A DNA stretch of 64,000 bases from Flectonema sp. DT1601 (GCA_964019425.1 OZ025784.1:186001-250000); one strand, 5' to 3'. Counted from the first letter of the stretch, positions 25,801 to 37,363 are shown. Made by a program: numbers and translations. Notes: generated by a model from the sequence alone, not told the origin.

Positions 25801-28800
25801 TCACCTGCCTTTGGAGGGAGTTTTGTTACGTTCAGTGGAGTTTTGTCAGGAGAAAATCTACGAATCTCAGCAGTTTCAGTTTTTACTACGTGTTTTTTAC
25901 TTGATTTCTTACCAGGTTTCACTCCATGTTGTTGTTCAATGACTCCTCCTCCTTCTCCTGTAGAAGGTGATTGTTGTTTCCCAAGTTTTTTATCTCTTCG
26001 AGCTTGTTTTTTCGCATGTTTCAGTCTTCTGGTCTCTGGTGTCCCAGTGATGTCTGCGTTATATGATAAACTGAGATTGGATAATACGAAATCAGCAGAC
26101 GGTGGTGAAGCGAAATTAGAGCTCAAAACATCGGACACAATCAACCCATTGTGAGATATTGATAATCCCTTTATACAAGAAGTTGATCTACAACTAATTG
26201 ATGTGTCAGTCGTCTTTTCTCCTTTCTGATAACAGAGATGCGCATGAAAACCAAAAGCAATTCTTTTATTGTTGAAAACCCAAACAACATGAAACAGTAA
26301 AGCTGTTTTTGAATGTGCAGGTAGCCTGAATGTAACTGCTCGTGAATTTCCATCCTTTCCTGAACCAGGATTGTACACAGCGTGACGACTTTTAATTCGA
26401 GTTAACGGTAATTGAATGGCTCCGGTAACAGCAGAGGATCCGTTGTGACCGAGGATTTCAAGTTCTAGTTGCGGAACGAATCCTTTCGGAACTGGTGTTC
26501 CCCATTCTGAAAATATACTTTTACAAGCATTCTCTAGACTCTCACTGCTAGGTAGTGACACAGATAAGTTACTTAGCTTGCAAGTTATAATGTGCAGTGG
26601 TTCATCAGTTTGTGGTACTGGGTAGAATATCGAATGTAGAGAAGTATTCCTCACTCCTGTAAACGATTCTGGACTTCTCACAACACTCAACGGAGAAAGA
26701 TACGTCTGAGAGTATTTATGTACTTCACAGATCGACATGCTCATACTGACGTTCGGTTGAATCGCTTTTGCGACTTTTGTTATTATTTCTAAAGGAACAG
26801 CTGAAAGTGATTTCGATGTTCCTTTCAAGAATGAATTTAATTTTTTTTCAATTTTTTTTTTTGAAGAAGGAATTTGTTGATAATTCCATCCCATAACACA
26901 GTCATCACTTCCATACAAAGAAATCACTATTACGGCGGTGTCGCATGCGGTTGGAACGGATACTAAAAATGAGTTTCTTTCACCGGGATCAAACCTCAAT
27001 GAGGATTCTGAAAAAACATAAGCAGCAGTGTGTTGACTTTGTTGATTCGCTTCAGGTTTCTGAACTGCAACCGATACTGTCGCATACACTCCGCTGGTAT
27101 CACCCACCGATGCTACTCCCACATCAATTGAAAAAACGCTCATCGGACTGCCAACACTACCTTTGGAGTTGAATTGTTTTATATATCCAAATGATAGTAA
27201 CTTAGACATTGTTAGTTGGTTGTGTTTATAGTCAGAAATCCAACTTCCAAAAATTCTTTCAGGAGACTCATTGGATGAATACTCAACAGTTCTCGATGGA
27301 GGGAATTGTTCCTCTGCGTACAGTTTTGACTTAACTTCTGCACCACCGACTGTGAATGTCGGTGTAGTCGTCCTTCTTACTTTTGTGGGACTGCCAATAA
27401 CTTGATCAATAATTTCAGAGGAAGTATTAGACGTTACTGATGAGTCTGTCATACTACTACTGGTACTGCTGCTGCTACTGCTGCCACTGCTGCTGCTTGA
27501 TTTGATGTTTTCACGTTCTTGTTGTTTTTTAATTGGTTTTTCAACGTTAAGATCCAACGGAGCGACATCACTCTCTGTTACATGTGAGGGTGAGGGCAAT
27601 CCGTCGCTGGTTCGTTTTTGATCGAGTAAGGGAATGACGTCGAGTCCGTGTTTTAGTTTTTGAAGATCACCAGTCTCGTTCTTTTGTCTGTTCTTATTAT
27701 CATCAATTGGAGGATCTTTTTTTTTAATCACACTTGGACTCTCTTGGTTTGTAGTGTTGACGATTACAACACTTTCAGTAGTCGATTTCTTATTCTTCGA
27801 TGATGTGGTTTCTTCGATTCGAGATTCCTTCGTTGACTTCTTACCTGAAGTTGTCGGTTGTTGTTTCTCACTCGCAGTCTTTGTCACTTCTGTAGTCGGA
27901 GGTTTTTGTTTTTCGATCGCGTCTTTGTCTTTATTCTTTTCAACAACTTTAACCGATGGTGGTTTTGAAGAAAGAGTACTCTCCGTGTCAAAGGGAGATG
28001 GTGGTTCCTTTAAAGAAGGTTCCTTTGCAGGTGTTTTTGTACCCGTCGGGGTTTTAGTTTTTGACTTTAACGGTGTGGTTGATTTATTAGTAGACGATGT
28101 CGATGATGATGTTGTCGAAGATGAATCAGTTGAACTACTTCTACTCGATGACCCACTTGTAGTCGTAGCAGAAGTTGATGTAGAACCTGATGATGTGGTA
28201 GCTGAAGAACCTGTTGAGGTGTTTGTTGTACTTCCACTCGCCACTTCCGTACTTGATCCAGAAGTAGTCGTTGCAGTGGTGGAGCCACTACTGGTGTCAG
28301 TGCTCACCGATCCCGTTGTCGATCCACTTCCAGTTGTCGATTGACTTCCACTACTTCTGGAGCCGCTCGTCGTTGACCCGCTCGCCGTCGACCCGGTCGT
28401 CGTCGATCCACTACTTCTGGATCCGCTAGTTGTTGACCCGCTCGTCGTCGATCCGCTCGTTGTTGTGGAACCAGACCCGGATCCGCTTGTAGTGGAACCA
28501 GATCTCGACCCGCTTGTCCGTGTGGTACCCGTCGTCCCAGTGCCAGTGCCAGTTCCTGTAGTGCCGCTGGTAGTTCCCGTGCGCGTGCCGCTGGTGGTAG
28601 TGCCTGTGGTGGTACCGCTACGTGTACCGCTGGTAGTGGTTCCTGTACCGGTACCAGTAGTGGTTCCGCTGCGGGTGCCGCTAGTAGTAGTACCTGTGTA
28701 TGTGCCGCTGCTTGTGTGCGTCCCACTGGTAGTACCACTGCGTGTGCCGCTAGTAGTAGTGCCGCTGCGAGTACCACTGGTAGAGGTTCCAGTTCGGGTG

Positions 28801-29384
28801 CCACTATCGGTTGTTGTTCCAGTTCGACTCCTACTCCCGGTTCCCGTTTCAGTGCGAGAACTGGAAGTACCAGTCCCGGTACCAGTTCCTGTACCCGATC
28901 CAGTTATTTGTTTTGTTCTTCCAGTTCTGGTGTCAGTCTCGGTGGTTGCGGTACCAGTCCCCGTACCTGACTCTGTTGTAGTTCCAGTTCTCGTAGCTGA
29001 TGTTGAACCAGACCTAGTACCACTTGTAGTAGCAGTTGTTGTTCCGCTTCTCGTGTTGTCAGTTGTTGTACCTGTGCGTGATGGACTTTGGGTTTCAGAA
29101 TTTGATGTTCGGGTTCTCGATGATGATGATGCTCTCTCAGTTCTGGAGGAGTCTGTTTGAGTTTTTGAAGTAGAACTCCTGGTACCAGTCACAGTTGATG
29201 AGGCTGATGTTGATGTTCTGGTTCTCGTAGACGACGATCTACTTTCAGAAGATCTACTTGATGAGCTGTTAGTCGATCCATCATCAGTACTCGACCCTGA
29301 ACCGCTATTACTACTTCCTTCACTACCTGACGACTCACTGCTTCTTGAGCTACTGCTTTCGGTGTCACTCTCACCCTTCGGCAT
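22899..29384 (-). CDS. NPHP4: Nephrocystin-4-like ciliary transition-zone protein with long Ser/Thr/Gly-rich N-terminus
   Basis: 2161 aa; LHVDIFNSDNGFIWG, TTNINCEAVAGEAVLVEVEVEN and CRVPLQFLSF match remembered NPHP4 blocks; Ig/ASH-like C-terminus. Confidence 0.7.
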   Translation of the reverse strand: MPKGESDTESSSSRSSESSGSEGSSNSGSGSSTDDGSTNSSSSRSSESRSSSTRTRTSTSASSTVTGTRSSTSKTQTDSSRTERASSSSRTRTSNSETQSPSRTGTTTDNTRSGTTTATTSGTRSGSTSATRTGTTTESGTGTGTATTETDTRTGRTKQITGSGTGTGTGTGTSSSRTETGTGSRSRTGTTTDSGTRTGTSTSGTRSGTTTSGTRSGTTSGTHTSSGTYTGTTTSGTRSGTTTGTGTGTTTSGTRSGTTTGTTTSGTRTGTTSGTTGTGTGTGTTGTTRTSGSRSGSTTSGSGSGSTTTSGSTTSGSTTSGSRSSGSTTTGSTASGSTTSGSRSSGSQSTTGSGSTTGSVSTDTSSGSTTATTTSGSSTEVASGSTTNTSTGSSATTSSGSTSTSATTTSGSSSRSSSTDSSSTTSSSTSSTNKSTTPLKSKTKTPTGTKTPAKEPSLKEPPSPFDTESTLSSKPPSVKVVEKNKDKDAIEKQKPPTTEVTKTASEKQQPTTSGKKSTKESRIEETTSSKNKKSTTESVVIVNTTNQESPSVIKKKDPPIDDNKNRQKNETGDLQKLKHGLDVIPLLDQKRTSDGLPSPSHVTESDVAPLDLNVEKPIKKQQERENIKSSSSSGSSSSSSTSSSMTDSSVTSNTSSEIIDQVIGSPTKVRRTTTPTFTVGGAEVKSKLYAEEQFPPSRTVEYSSNESPERIFGSWISDYKHNQLTMSKLLSFGYIKQFNSKGSVGSPMSVFSIDVGVASVGDTSGVYATVSVAVQKPEANQQSQHTAAYVFSESSLRFDPGERNSFLVSVPTACDTAVIVISLYGSDDCVMGWNYQQIPSSKKKIEKKLNSFLKGTSKSLSAVPLEIITKVAKAIQPNVSMSMSICEVHKYSQTYLSPLSVVRSPESFTGVRNTSLHSIFYPVPQTDEPLHIITCKLSNLSVSLPSSESLENACKSIFSEWGTPVPKGFVPQLELEILGHNGSSAVTGAIQLPLTRIKSRHAVYNPGSGKDGNSRAVTFRLPAHSKTALLFHVVWVFNNKRIAFGFHAHLCYQKGEKTTDTSISCRSTSCIKGLSISHNGLIVSDVLSSNFASPPSADFVLSNLSLSYNADITGTPETRRLKHAKKQARRDKKLGKQQSPSTGEGGGVIEQQHGVKPGKKSSKKHVVKTETAEIRRFSPDKTPLNVTKLPPKAGEFVHQSYCNGTCGGRCGLVIPQVTVPIPSVRHEVQIVSIEPESLFLLPAFQLTESDRIRLSSFPFASLNCLQQMKETIPRDPFYMPDSEFLFDFKALLNPSDDIPSRIHFTIGVRSIGQLQTGISTINKNSHFKSSNDSPCHLILGETGGHGSNVNCVIRSTPVIQSHMESGLLHVDIFNSDNGFIWGCFDIDLYRLYRHPNVFFEEYSSEIPVLDAMGTFIDREHPDIKSPMMGTYPSVKGTLAFSIISRAVPSVEGSPHRQKQPETKKRKKVIAKKIFTEGLAEDLNLHAAAESDNIDRLREETVKQKQQEKIPIPSSHSLIHFKCESTSGELSQKWPLASASLTNKHLHTVARSMDEVCGPWGVAQLKDGFIKGRAHGCIISTAEVDMTAFPFRIVCCEGELPPEDQKMISETQQHALRRARADFAKDQLLQSMAKPVVLNQQKQQPVGKDAAVFEEKLNVISRLRTKGKRKEELLKAQLHSQLTTNINCEAVAGEAVLVEVEVENRFGIGYSFRIDLRDDTLDPDSDQELTLINSLDQWKLLAQQSGFPPPPSDTVTDVSGRIFSRSEVPLPAQGKCRVPLQFLSFKDGLCGRENIKNRIIVIYIRDEDNTPRQIYQIKVSSRDSSTAVTRTVKLYGCRGETLRRWIRLGNALNAGHGKSQNYIKKDSKLNTTRKRLRIVRSSATHGCRLSSFVDYQNTTLGNLIPSEILQLEDQFADSDMSPTNIKSFLIFIYDSPDCFIPSETICVNLTTCFELSAKRNMGETSEIMIPLPSGGGDGVTCALAHGFIGENAGPGDFSCKVLHGGSYTMQGFAIAVRPVDDTPRRLLLHAMSRDVIKESYIVTLQGITNSELSSAPQTIPIPFDGKTRSFTVDFTNPSIESAPATFHAVFSPHNDIVVKPSSVTLNSSQSSVFTITLRPSDPQVYNFTLWINNEKDLTVKFCRIDFHVKSEDHNPVKLVDVH

Positions 29385-30085
29385 ATTGAGAGGGACTTAT
29401 TGAAAAAAATGAAGATAATAATAAATATGGTAAAGTAAACAGTTCTATTAAAAACTATCTGTTGTCACGCAGATATACAGCCATATCAAACAGTGCTGTA
29501 CGCACGCACAAAAAACAGTGAAACACGAAACACAAATAGCCATTCATGAGTGGCATCAAAACAAGAAATTTTCTTTTTTTTTTTTTTAATAATATTTCCA
29601 TAATTTACAGAAAAACTGCCCAGTGCTAAAAGTTTCTCAAAAGGCAACCACCAGTCATTTTTTTTTTTTTTTTTTTTTTTTTGCACTGTTGACCAGCATA
29701 CCTTTGTCTTGAAAGGGAATTGTACACAACAAAAAGTGATAACAAAACACACTGACATGTTCCCAAAGAAAGGAACAAATAGATGACCGATGCGCTACAA
29801 GTAAAAACAATTCAGATATAAAGCCTGATATAATAGTAATCATGTGGTATTTGGTATTGACTGACACAGAGGAAAAATGATAAAAAAAAAACTGAATTGT
29901 TTCTTCTCCGACTTTAGTCGGTGCAAAAAATAAAAAAAATGAAACCATAAATCGCGTCCAGTAGCATGAGGTTTTCAGCAACCTTCTCGCTCTGGTAGCA
30001 AACACGTAGTTGAAAAAAAAAAAAAAAAAAATCAGAAAAAACATAAATTGCATTGGGTGGTATACCTATGCGAAAGAGTAAAATC

Positions 30086-30118
<33 letters not shown>

Positions 30119-30422
30119 AGAAGTGAGGGAAAAAGAGAAAAAAAAAAGGAGAATTTTTTTTTTCAATTAATAGTTTGTTATCTATGGAAAAAAGAAGAAG
30201 AAAGAGAAGAAAAAAAAACAAGATACGGTATTGCCTCGGTGTACCTGTTTTTCCTCCTAAAAAAAAACGTTGTTTTGGTCAACAGCGCACTAAAAGTCGG
30301 GAGCTTAGAGTTATTGCTGAAGACACCAAAGTATCATTACTACCGTCCTTCTCGATAAGATGACTCTTTTTAAATAGAACAGCACAGGATTTCTTGAATA
30401 TAAATTAGATGGAAAAAAAAAT

Positions 30423-31201
30423 TTACATATCCTTCAAAGTGAGGACTGTAGCAGCGAGTCCAACAACAGCCTTTGTGAAGGCCGACAGTTCGATACCTGG
30501 AACGGTAGTGGCTTCGACAAGACTGTGGAGGGGTCTTAAAAATGAAGTTTCTGGATTCTGAAGAAGCTTAACTGTCTGTCCATTAGTTGGCATACTACCC
30601 CAAGCGAGGATAAACCATAAGAAAGACTTGGTCCATGATGCGATAATGTTTGCTGATCTCTCCTTATCCTTCTCACTTGGTTGTTTCTTGTTTAACTTTA
30701 CAAGAGAAGCACCATGTTGAAGCTGCTCAAAGACAAGTGACCAAAACCAAAAGTATACTGCTCTAGCTCCATACTCACCCTTTCTCTCTGCAGGAACATC
30801 TCTGCAGATAATTCCATTTCCAGCACATACAGCGATGTTCTCCATCGGAACGAACAACGACATCTTTAAGTAGGCGAGGAATTTAAAGATCGACTCAGGA
30901 GTGTTGTCAACTGGTGGGGCTGGTCTCTGTTTTTTTTTTTTTTTTTTTGAATTCAATACAAAAAAGAAAACAATAAACATACACTCAAAACACCCATCAT
31001 TCCAGTCAAACGAGTTACAGATCTATATCCTCCAGCCATTGCGGCGAGGGCCTGAAGAGAAGCGACCAGCTCTGTCTTTCCAGCTCTCTCTGCGACAGGT
31101 ACTAAGACACCAGGCAAGAACTGAAGTACGCCCATAAGTTGATCTCTTCCATCAGTCCTTGAGAGGAGTTCACGTAGAGCAGCTTTTCTGTCGTATGTCA
31201 T
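30423..31201 (-). CDS. PEX11-family peroxisomal/glycosomal membrane protein (240 aa; intron 30927-30982)
   Basis: TDGRDQLMGVLQF, YRSVTRL, AVYFWFWSL; phase-0 GTATGT...poly-A-CAG intron. Confidence 0.75.
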
Positions 31202-31869
31202 TTTTTCTTTTTTTTTTTTTTTTTTTTTTAGATAATAATAATTCAGTCCTTCAGAGAAAAAAAAAAAAAAAAAGTTAAAAACTACAAAAGAAAATATCAA
31301 TTCTGCTGAAATGCCTGAAACTTCAACAAGTTTTGTTTCTTTTTCTTTCTTGTTTTTTTTTTTTTTTTTTTCCTTTCATAAATGATTGAAAATGGTATCT
31401 ACACGAATTGAAAAAAATTTTTCGTTCTTTTTTTTTTTTTTTCTTTCGTTTTAACGTTTACAAGCTTTATTTCAGCATCCTGATGGTGCTGAAACGATAT
31501 TCACATGCACTCTCTCTCTCTCTCTCTTTCTCTGTTTTTTTTTTTTTTTTCTTTCTTTCCTCCCTTCCTCGCTCTATCACGGTTCAAAATAAAGCCCTGG
31601 TTGCTTTTTGCTGCAGCGTATCTAATGCTTGCCTGACCTCTCTTTTTTTTTTTTTTTTTTTTCCGTTCTTTTTGTATCGTCTCAGTGACGGAATGGAAAG
31701 AAAAAAAAAAAAAAAAAAAAAAAGTAGGTTATTCACAGTGGCAATAGAACTGAAACAGGACCAAATACCGTTTTTTTAGCACAGAAAACAATTTTTTTTT
31801 TTTTTTTTTCCACATCAGTGAGAAAAAAAAAAACATGTAAGATAGGCAACCGCGAAACAGATGAACATT

Positions 31870-33357
31870 CTAACGAGGTACGAGTCCCTCAATATTTCCG
31901 TAAATTGAAAGAGTTTTCGGTTTCGACATGTGTTTGGCTGAAAAGTCAGCGATGGATTTCAAATCAATCTGAGCAACCTTCGCTTCAATTTCTTTAGTAG
32001 TTTCAATTTTTCCAGTCAAAGCTAATTCCAATCCCATTTGCTGAACTGACTCCTCCCTCGTTTCGTATTGCATGAATGTCGTTATTAGATATTGAGTAGC
32101 AGCCATTAAAACGATTTGTTCAGTGATTCTGTCAGGAACAGTACTCAACTGATACATTAAAAAGTTTGCGAGATTCTTGTTGTGTTCGTGGGAAGCTCCA
32201 CCATAGACTCCAAACAGACCACTGTCTGTGTTTGATGAAGTGATGCAATGTGCTGATTCTAACCATCCGTTTCTGTTGTTGTTGTTGGTGTTGGTCGTTG
32301 TTGTTGTTGTTTAGGTTAGTTGTGGTAAATAGTACATACCTGCAGAGTCCTTCTCTGAATAGTTTTGTGAGAATTCCCTTTCCTGGACCTCCAGTTTCGA
32401 ATGCCTCTCCCCCTCCCAACATGGATTGCGCTACTCTCATTGTGTGATAGTCTTCGTGACCACGTCCAACACCTTCGAACATGATACCAATCAAAGTTCG
32501 GTTGTCCTCTTCAAACTTTGCATATGATTGTGGAGCATGAAGATTCTCTTCGAAAGTAGCTGTTTTTAATATAACGTTGAATAGCAATTTATTGTTTATC
32601 AAAGAATGAAGAAAAATAAACACATACCTCCACCAGTGTAAACAGCAGGTTCATCTGCTCCCTCAGGAAACGGATACGAAACCCAGTTGCTGCTTTTAAA
32701 GATCGAGTCTAATTTATTTTCAACTAGTTTTACCATCTCATCATGTTCAACTCCCATTGCACAAACTGCGATTCTCTCTGGTTTTACGTATGTAGAAATA
32801 AACTTTTGAAGAGTCTCCGCCGTAATATTATTTAAATAATCATTATCATTAAGAGTAAAACAAGGACGACCTAGAGACTTGTTACCGTAGGCTGCCTGAT
32901 GTAACAGCTCGAATAGGATCTTTGCAGGTTCTCTCTTAAGAGAATCAATAGACTGGTATAAAGCGATCTCTCTGGCGCTTTGAATTGATTGTTCAGTTAT
33001 TTCTGGTTGTACAAGCATTCTAACTAAGACGTCCATCGCTTCTTCGATTTCCCATCTTAGACAGTCGATTCTTCCACACATTCTCTCTCTAAAATTTGTT
33101 ATATGAATTTGATTTGAAACATTTAAAAAACTAGCGTTTCCTTCAACCTTTTCTACCAATGCGTGTTTTTCCAATATTCTACTGCACCTAACAAATTCAT
33201 CAACTTCGTATCTACTTGCAGCTGTAGTGAACAAACCTATACTGCTTACTGGTGAAATTTCATTAAAGGTACATATTTTCAATCCAGACTCAAGTACAGT
33301 TATTCTAGGCTCACTATGATTAGAAAGGTTTAATAACCTTAATGATCTTTTTAACAT
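31870..33357 (-). CDS. Mitochondrial processing peptidase alpha subunit (450 aa; introns 32560-32627, 32273-32339)
   Basis: M16 fold without HxxEH; glycine loop LGGGEAFETGGPGKG; DSGLFGVYG restored after splicing. Confidence 0.88.
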
Positions 33358-33718
33358 TTTTTTTTTTTTTTTTGATTTCCTTTCTTATGATATGTTTTTT
33401 TTGTTTGTTTGTTTTGCTGAAGTACTGTGTTAAAAAAAAAAAAGACAAATAAAATTTACTTGAATGAACGAAAAGAAACAAACAGAAGTATTTTTTTTGC
33501 CAAACTGAAAAAACTGATAAAAAGTTTAAATCACCATCTTACTTATGTTTTTTTTTTTTTTTTTTCCATAAGATTGAAATAAAGGGGAAAAAGAAGAAAA
33601 AAAACACGAAAATCGTTTGTCAAAGGGACGGCGGGAATAAGGGATGCAAAAAAAAAAAAAAAAAAAAAAAAAAAAGAAAACACTAAAATCCAGCAACGAA
33701 CAGCTACGACCGAGTCTC

Positions 33719-35464
33719 TTACTTGATCCAAATATCGTTATAGAAGTGAGGCCACATGCAGTAACGGCATACAAACAAGTGATGACCAACACCAACATCA
33801 GTCTTCGATCCGTCTTCGCTATCACTACCATCTAGGGATATGTTTGCCATTTGACCGCTTAGTCTCATCTCGTAGGCTGGAACTTTACATTTTAAAGCGG
33901 TAGTGACGTAAAAAGGGACTCGTACTAAATCTGGTTTGACATCGGGTTGGTTAGCTGACTTGTGAGAGACGCAGTTGACGTTACCACAGGCGACGTTTGG
34001 GATGCCGTAGATCCTCGGCGGGGTTGACAATTCGTAACGAGTTACTACTTTGCCGTCGTTTATAAAATTTACGATACTACCTGGGGCGATGGCAGCCAAC
34101 ATTTTTAAATCTTTTTCGCTCAAATCGACCTGCGTTGCCAACGGTAACGATAACACTCCTTTATGCCCTCCTTCATCTATTCTGTAGACTCCCTGAGATC
34201 CTAATCCTGTCCACGCCATTACAGATCTGATCGACTCAATCGACGTCCAACAGACTTGTGGTTCTGCACCATGTGATATATCGTCTATGAATACACCATT
34301 GTCTAGTGGTAATAGAGCTGCTACGTCTTTCTCACCTCCTTCAATTGGAGCTGGTTTGACGTAGTCGGGAGAAGTTGGGTTTATTGGTGGGACCAGTTCA
34401 GCTGGTTTTGGACTTTGAGGAATGAAATCTTTTCCCAACCTTCCCAACAACATTCCAAGAAGAACGATTCTAACCCAATATCCGTTGGTAGATGCGAGTT
34501 CCCATGCTGATAGTGAGTCATCGTCGAACTCAAACGGGATTAGCGGATTAGTTCTGTCTCTCGGTAGTGTTTGTAAAAACTTACATCCAACTGGAAGCTT
34601 ACTCTTCCATGAAGTTTTAAACGTAACGGCTTTACGAATCTCATCTTCACGAGCCTTCGCCTCTTCACTCATCCTCGATGTCTGAACTCTTGAAAATGAC
34701 CAAACATCAGCGATAGATGTTTGAGACAGGTATTCGTCTATACTCGAGAACTCTCTTACTTTGAATCCATTATTTTGCATCTTTGCTTTGTATTCAATCG
34801 GATACGTCACGTCTTTATGTGCTATTAAATCGATGCTGACGGTCTGAAATATCTTTAACCCGTCAACTTTTGAATGAGCTGTTCTACCGTTGAGTAAGTC
34901 ACCAACCAAGGCGAGGTGAATTTCAGAACGATCAAATTGTTTCATTTCCAGTAGAGTAAAGATATCAACGTATTCAAGAGTCGGATGGGTGTGTCTACCA
35001 TCACCAGCGTTAATAAATGAAGGATGAGAACTTGATTTCGGATCAACGGCGCTCTCTAACCATCGACAAACACCTTCCATTGGACTTCTGATTATGAACA
35101 TTGACTGGTTGGTGTTGTAGCTGTTAAGCATCTTAACCACATCCGTGACAGTCTCTTTTGAGAATACTCCTTTAGCATCAGTGAAATCAGTCACTTTCAT
35201 TCCATGGTATTGCGCTGCGTTTCTGAATGAATCTTTTGTTCTTGTACTGTCTTCTGCGAACATCAAATACATGGCAGCGTCTTTTCCTTTTGTCTTATCC
35301 TCGAGATCTTTTGACGTGTCAGTACATCCAGATAATAATTGTGTCTTCACGGGATCACCTCCTTTTAAAATTCTTGTCTTTTCATAAAGATACAATTGTT
35401 CGTGAAGACCTAAATCACTCACCAGGTGGATGGTACGCCCTCCAAATGGGTTCGACATGTCCAT
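33719..35464 (-). CDS. pyrBI: Fused aspartate carbamoyltransferase catalytic + regulatory subunit (PyrBI-type)
   Basis: EDSTRTKDSF, INAGDGRHTHPT, GDLLNGRTAHS; C-terminal PyrI-like NGVFIDDI and Zn ligands CGNVNC...CRYC. Confidence 0.85.
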   Translation of the reverse strand: MDMSNPFGGRTIHLVSDLGLHEQLYLYEKTRILKGGDPVKTQLLSGCTDTSKDLEDKTKGKDAAMYLMFAEDSTRTKDSFRNAAQYHGMKVTDFTDAKGVFSKETVTDVVKMLNSYNTNQSMFIIRSPMEGVCRWLESAVDPKSSSHPSFINAGDGRHTHPTLEYVDIFTLLEMKQFDRSEIHLALVGDLLNGRTAHSKVDGLKIFQTVSIDLIAHKDVTYPIEYKAKMQNNGFKVREFSSIDEYLSQTSIADVWSFSRVQTSRMSEEAKAREDEIRKAVTFKTSWKSKLPVGCKFLQTLPRDRTNPLIPFEFDDDSLSAWELASTNGYWVRIVLLGMLLGRLGKDFIPQSPKPAELVPPINPTSPDYVKPAPIEGGEKDVAALLPLDNGVFIDDISHGAEPQVCWTSIESIRSVMAWTGLGSQGVYRIDEGGHKGVLSLPLATQVDLSEKDLKMLAAIAPGSIVNFINDGKVVTRYELSTPPRIYGIPNVACGNVNCVSHKSANQPDVKPDLVRVPFYVTTALKCKVPAYEMRLSGQMANISLDGSDSEDGSKTDVGVGHHLFVCRYCMWPHFYNDIWIK

Positions 35465-35887
35465 TGTTTTGTTTCCAAAGTTTGTTTACTGTTTAAATAA
35501 AATTACGAAATAATTTCCCATCCCACAAAAACATAACATAATCAGAGAGAGAGATGAACATGCTAATTTCAATTTTGAAAAAATCTTTTTTTTATTTTCT
35601 CTCGAGTACATGACAGGAATACTAAAAAAATAAGTATTCCAAAATAAAAACTCAAAAGAGAAGAAGAAAACAAAAAAAAGAAGCGCAATAATATAAAGAG
35701 AGAGAGAGAGAAAAAATTTAAAAAAAAAAACGTTAACGGAGCGAAATTTTTTCATTACTATTATTTAATAACAATAACGAGGTAGATCAACGTCTTCTTT
35801 TTTTTTTTTTTATTTTTTTTTTTTTGAAGAGAGAAAGGGAAGAAGAAGAAAAAAAAAGAAAAAAAAACCTAGAACAGTGAAGTAATC

Positions 35888-36457
35888 TTAAGCAGAAAAA
35901 GTAATGTTTTTTTCAGTAGCATAGAAATCGTGAACCTGAGAAAAAGAAAGTTCAGCAGTGCAATTGGCTGGTGGTGTCCCTGACTTTGGCATTCCCAAAG
36001 TAGCTCCAGCATACATAGTTGTCATGTGAGTGTTAGCGTTGAGTGGATTCTTACCAGAAGCAGCGGGTCTGGTGAATGATAAAGTAACTACATTGTTGAC
36101 TTTTTGAAAAGCACTGTTTGATATTTGCAACAAGGGCTTGTCATTTGGTGGTGGTTTGGTCCCGCAGTACAACGGACGCACACAGACATCACCGTTACCG
36201 GCGATGTACCCGACGACGAAATCTGCTCCGACCATCTCACCCGTTGGATTCCAACCGATTCCTACCCACATAGGATTCTGATTCTCTGTTGAGGACATGT
36301 TAAATTCCAAAGAAACATCACCTCCTGACCATGTCCAAGTGGTGTCAACAGTTACATTACCTCCTACCTTATCAGCGATCGTCATCGAGTCTGATCCTCC
36401 AAAAACAGTCGGAGTCGTTGCTGCAAACAATCCAGCGAGAAGAGTGAAAGATTTCAT
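35888..36457 (-). CDS. Secreted DOMON-domain protein
   Basis: Signal-peptide-like N-terminus; WVGIGW...MVGADFVVG, LSFTRP, C-terminal His. Confidence 0.85.
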   Translation of the reverse strand: MKSFTLLAGLFAATTPTVFGGSDSMTIADKVGGNVTVDTTWTWSGGDVSLEFNMSSTENQNPMWVGIGWNPTGEMVGADFVVGYIAGNGDVCVRPLYCGTKPPPNDKPLLQISNSAFQKVNNVVTLSFTRPAASGKNPLNANTHMTTMYAGATLGMPKSGTPPANCTAELSFSQVHDFYATEKNITFSA

Positions 36458-37329
36458 TTTTTTTTTTTTGTATAAGAAAAACTGAAAATAAGATGATTAA
36501 AATTACAAAACCGAAAACACCACCACCGAGTCAATAATATGAGATAAACCAAAAAAAAACAGAAAATGTCCAGAACCTTGTTAAACATAAAACACAGGGA
36601 CTGCCTACTACTGGACAACACTTTTTCAGTAAAAAGAATTTCAGAGTGAGAAATAAAACGTAATAAACTGCTCCTACCCACAAAAATGAATAAGCAAAAA
36701 AAGCAACATATGTGACCGCGGACATAATATGTAGTAAGAATTTCGGTAAAAAAAAAAAAAAAAAAACAAGTCACTCTGTCAGTAATAAAACAATTATCAG
36801 GTTCGGGACTTGTTGTTTGTTGTTGTTGTTGTTGTTTGTTAGTTAGGTCAGAAAGAAAGAGGGGGGGGGAAAAAAAGTAAATCGCAACCACATTAGTCTG
36901 CTTTAGAGACTTCTGTGTTATAAATGACGGATGTGTTGCCTTGGTTTTTTTTTTTTGGTTTTTTGTTTTTATTTCTGGATTTTTTTTTTTTTTTATATTT
37001 TTTTTTTTGTTCTTGAAAAAAAAAAAAAAATAATAATAAGGGAAAACTGCTTCGGAAAGTACCATAGAGGTCCCCATTCACAGCTAAGGAATGGGGCTGC
37101 AGAACCCCCACAGAGTTTATTTTTCTTTTCCTCTCTCTCTGTCTCTCTGTACCCTTTTTTTTTTTTTTTTTTTTTTTTTTAACTACCTAAAGCCTCTTCA
37201 AATAATATAACAATTTTTTTTTTTTTTCGCACAGACAAGATCCCAGTCAGCGAGTCCAACAAGCTCACTGAAGTCGGAAGGTAAACTTTTTTTTTTTTTT
37301 TTAACATCTTTAGTATGATCAGAAAAAGA

Positions 37330-37363
<34 letters not shown>

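Noticed and set aside
27754..29160. Plus-strand Val/Pro-rich ORFs (196 and 231 aa)
   Set aside because: Antisense shadows of the Ser/Thr/Gly repeat of the NPHP4-like gene
37072..37097. Hairpin CCCCATTC/GAATGGGG as a small RNA
   Set aside because: A single 8-bp stem with no second copy or box motifs; not enough support
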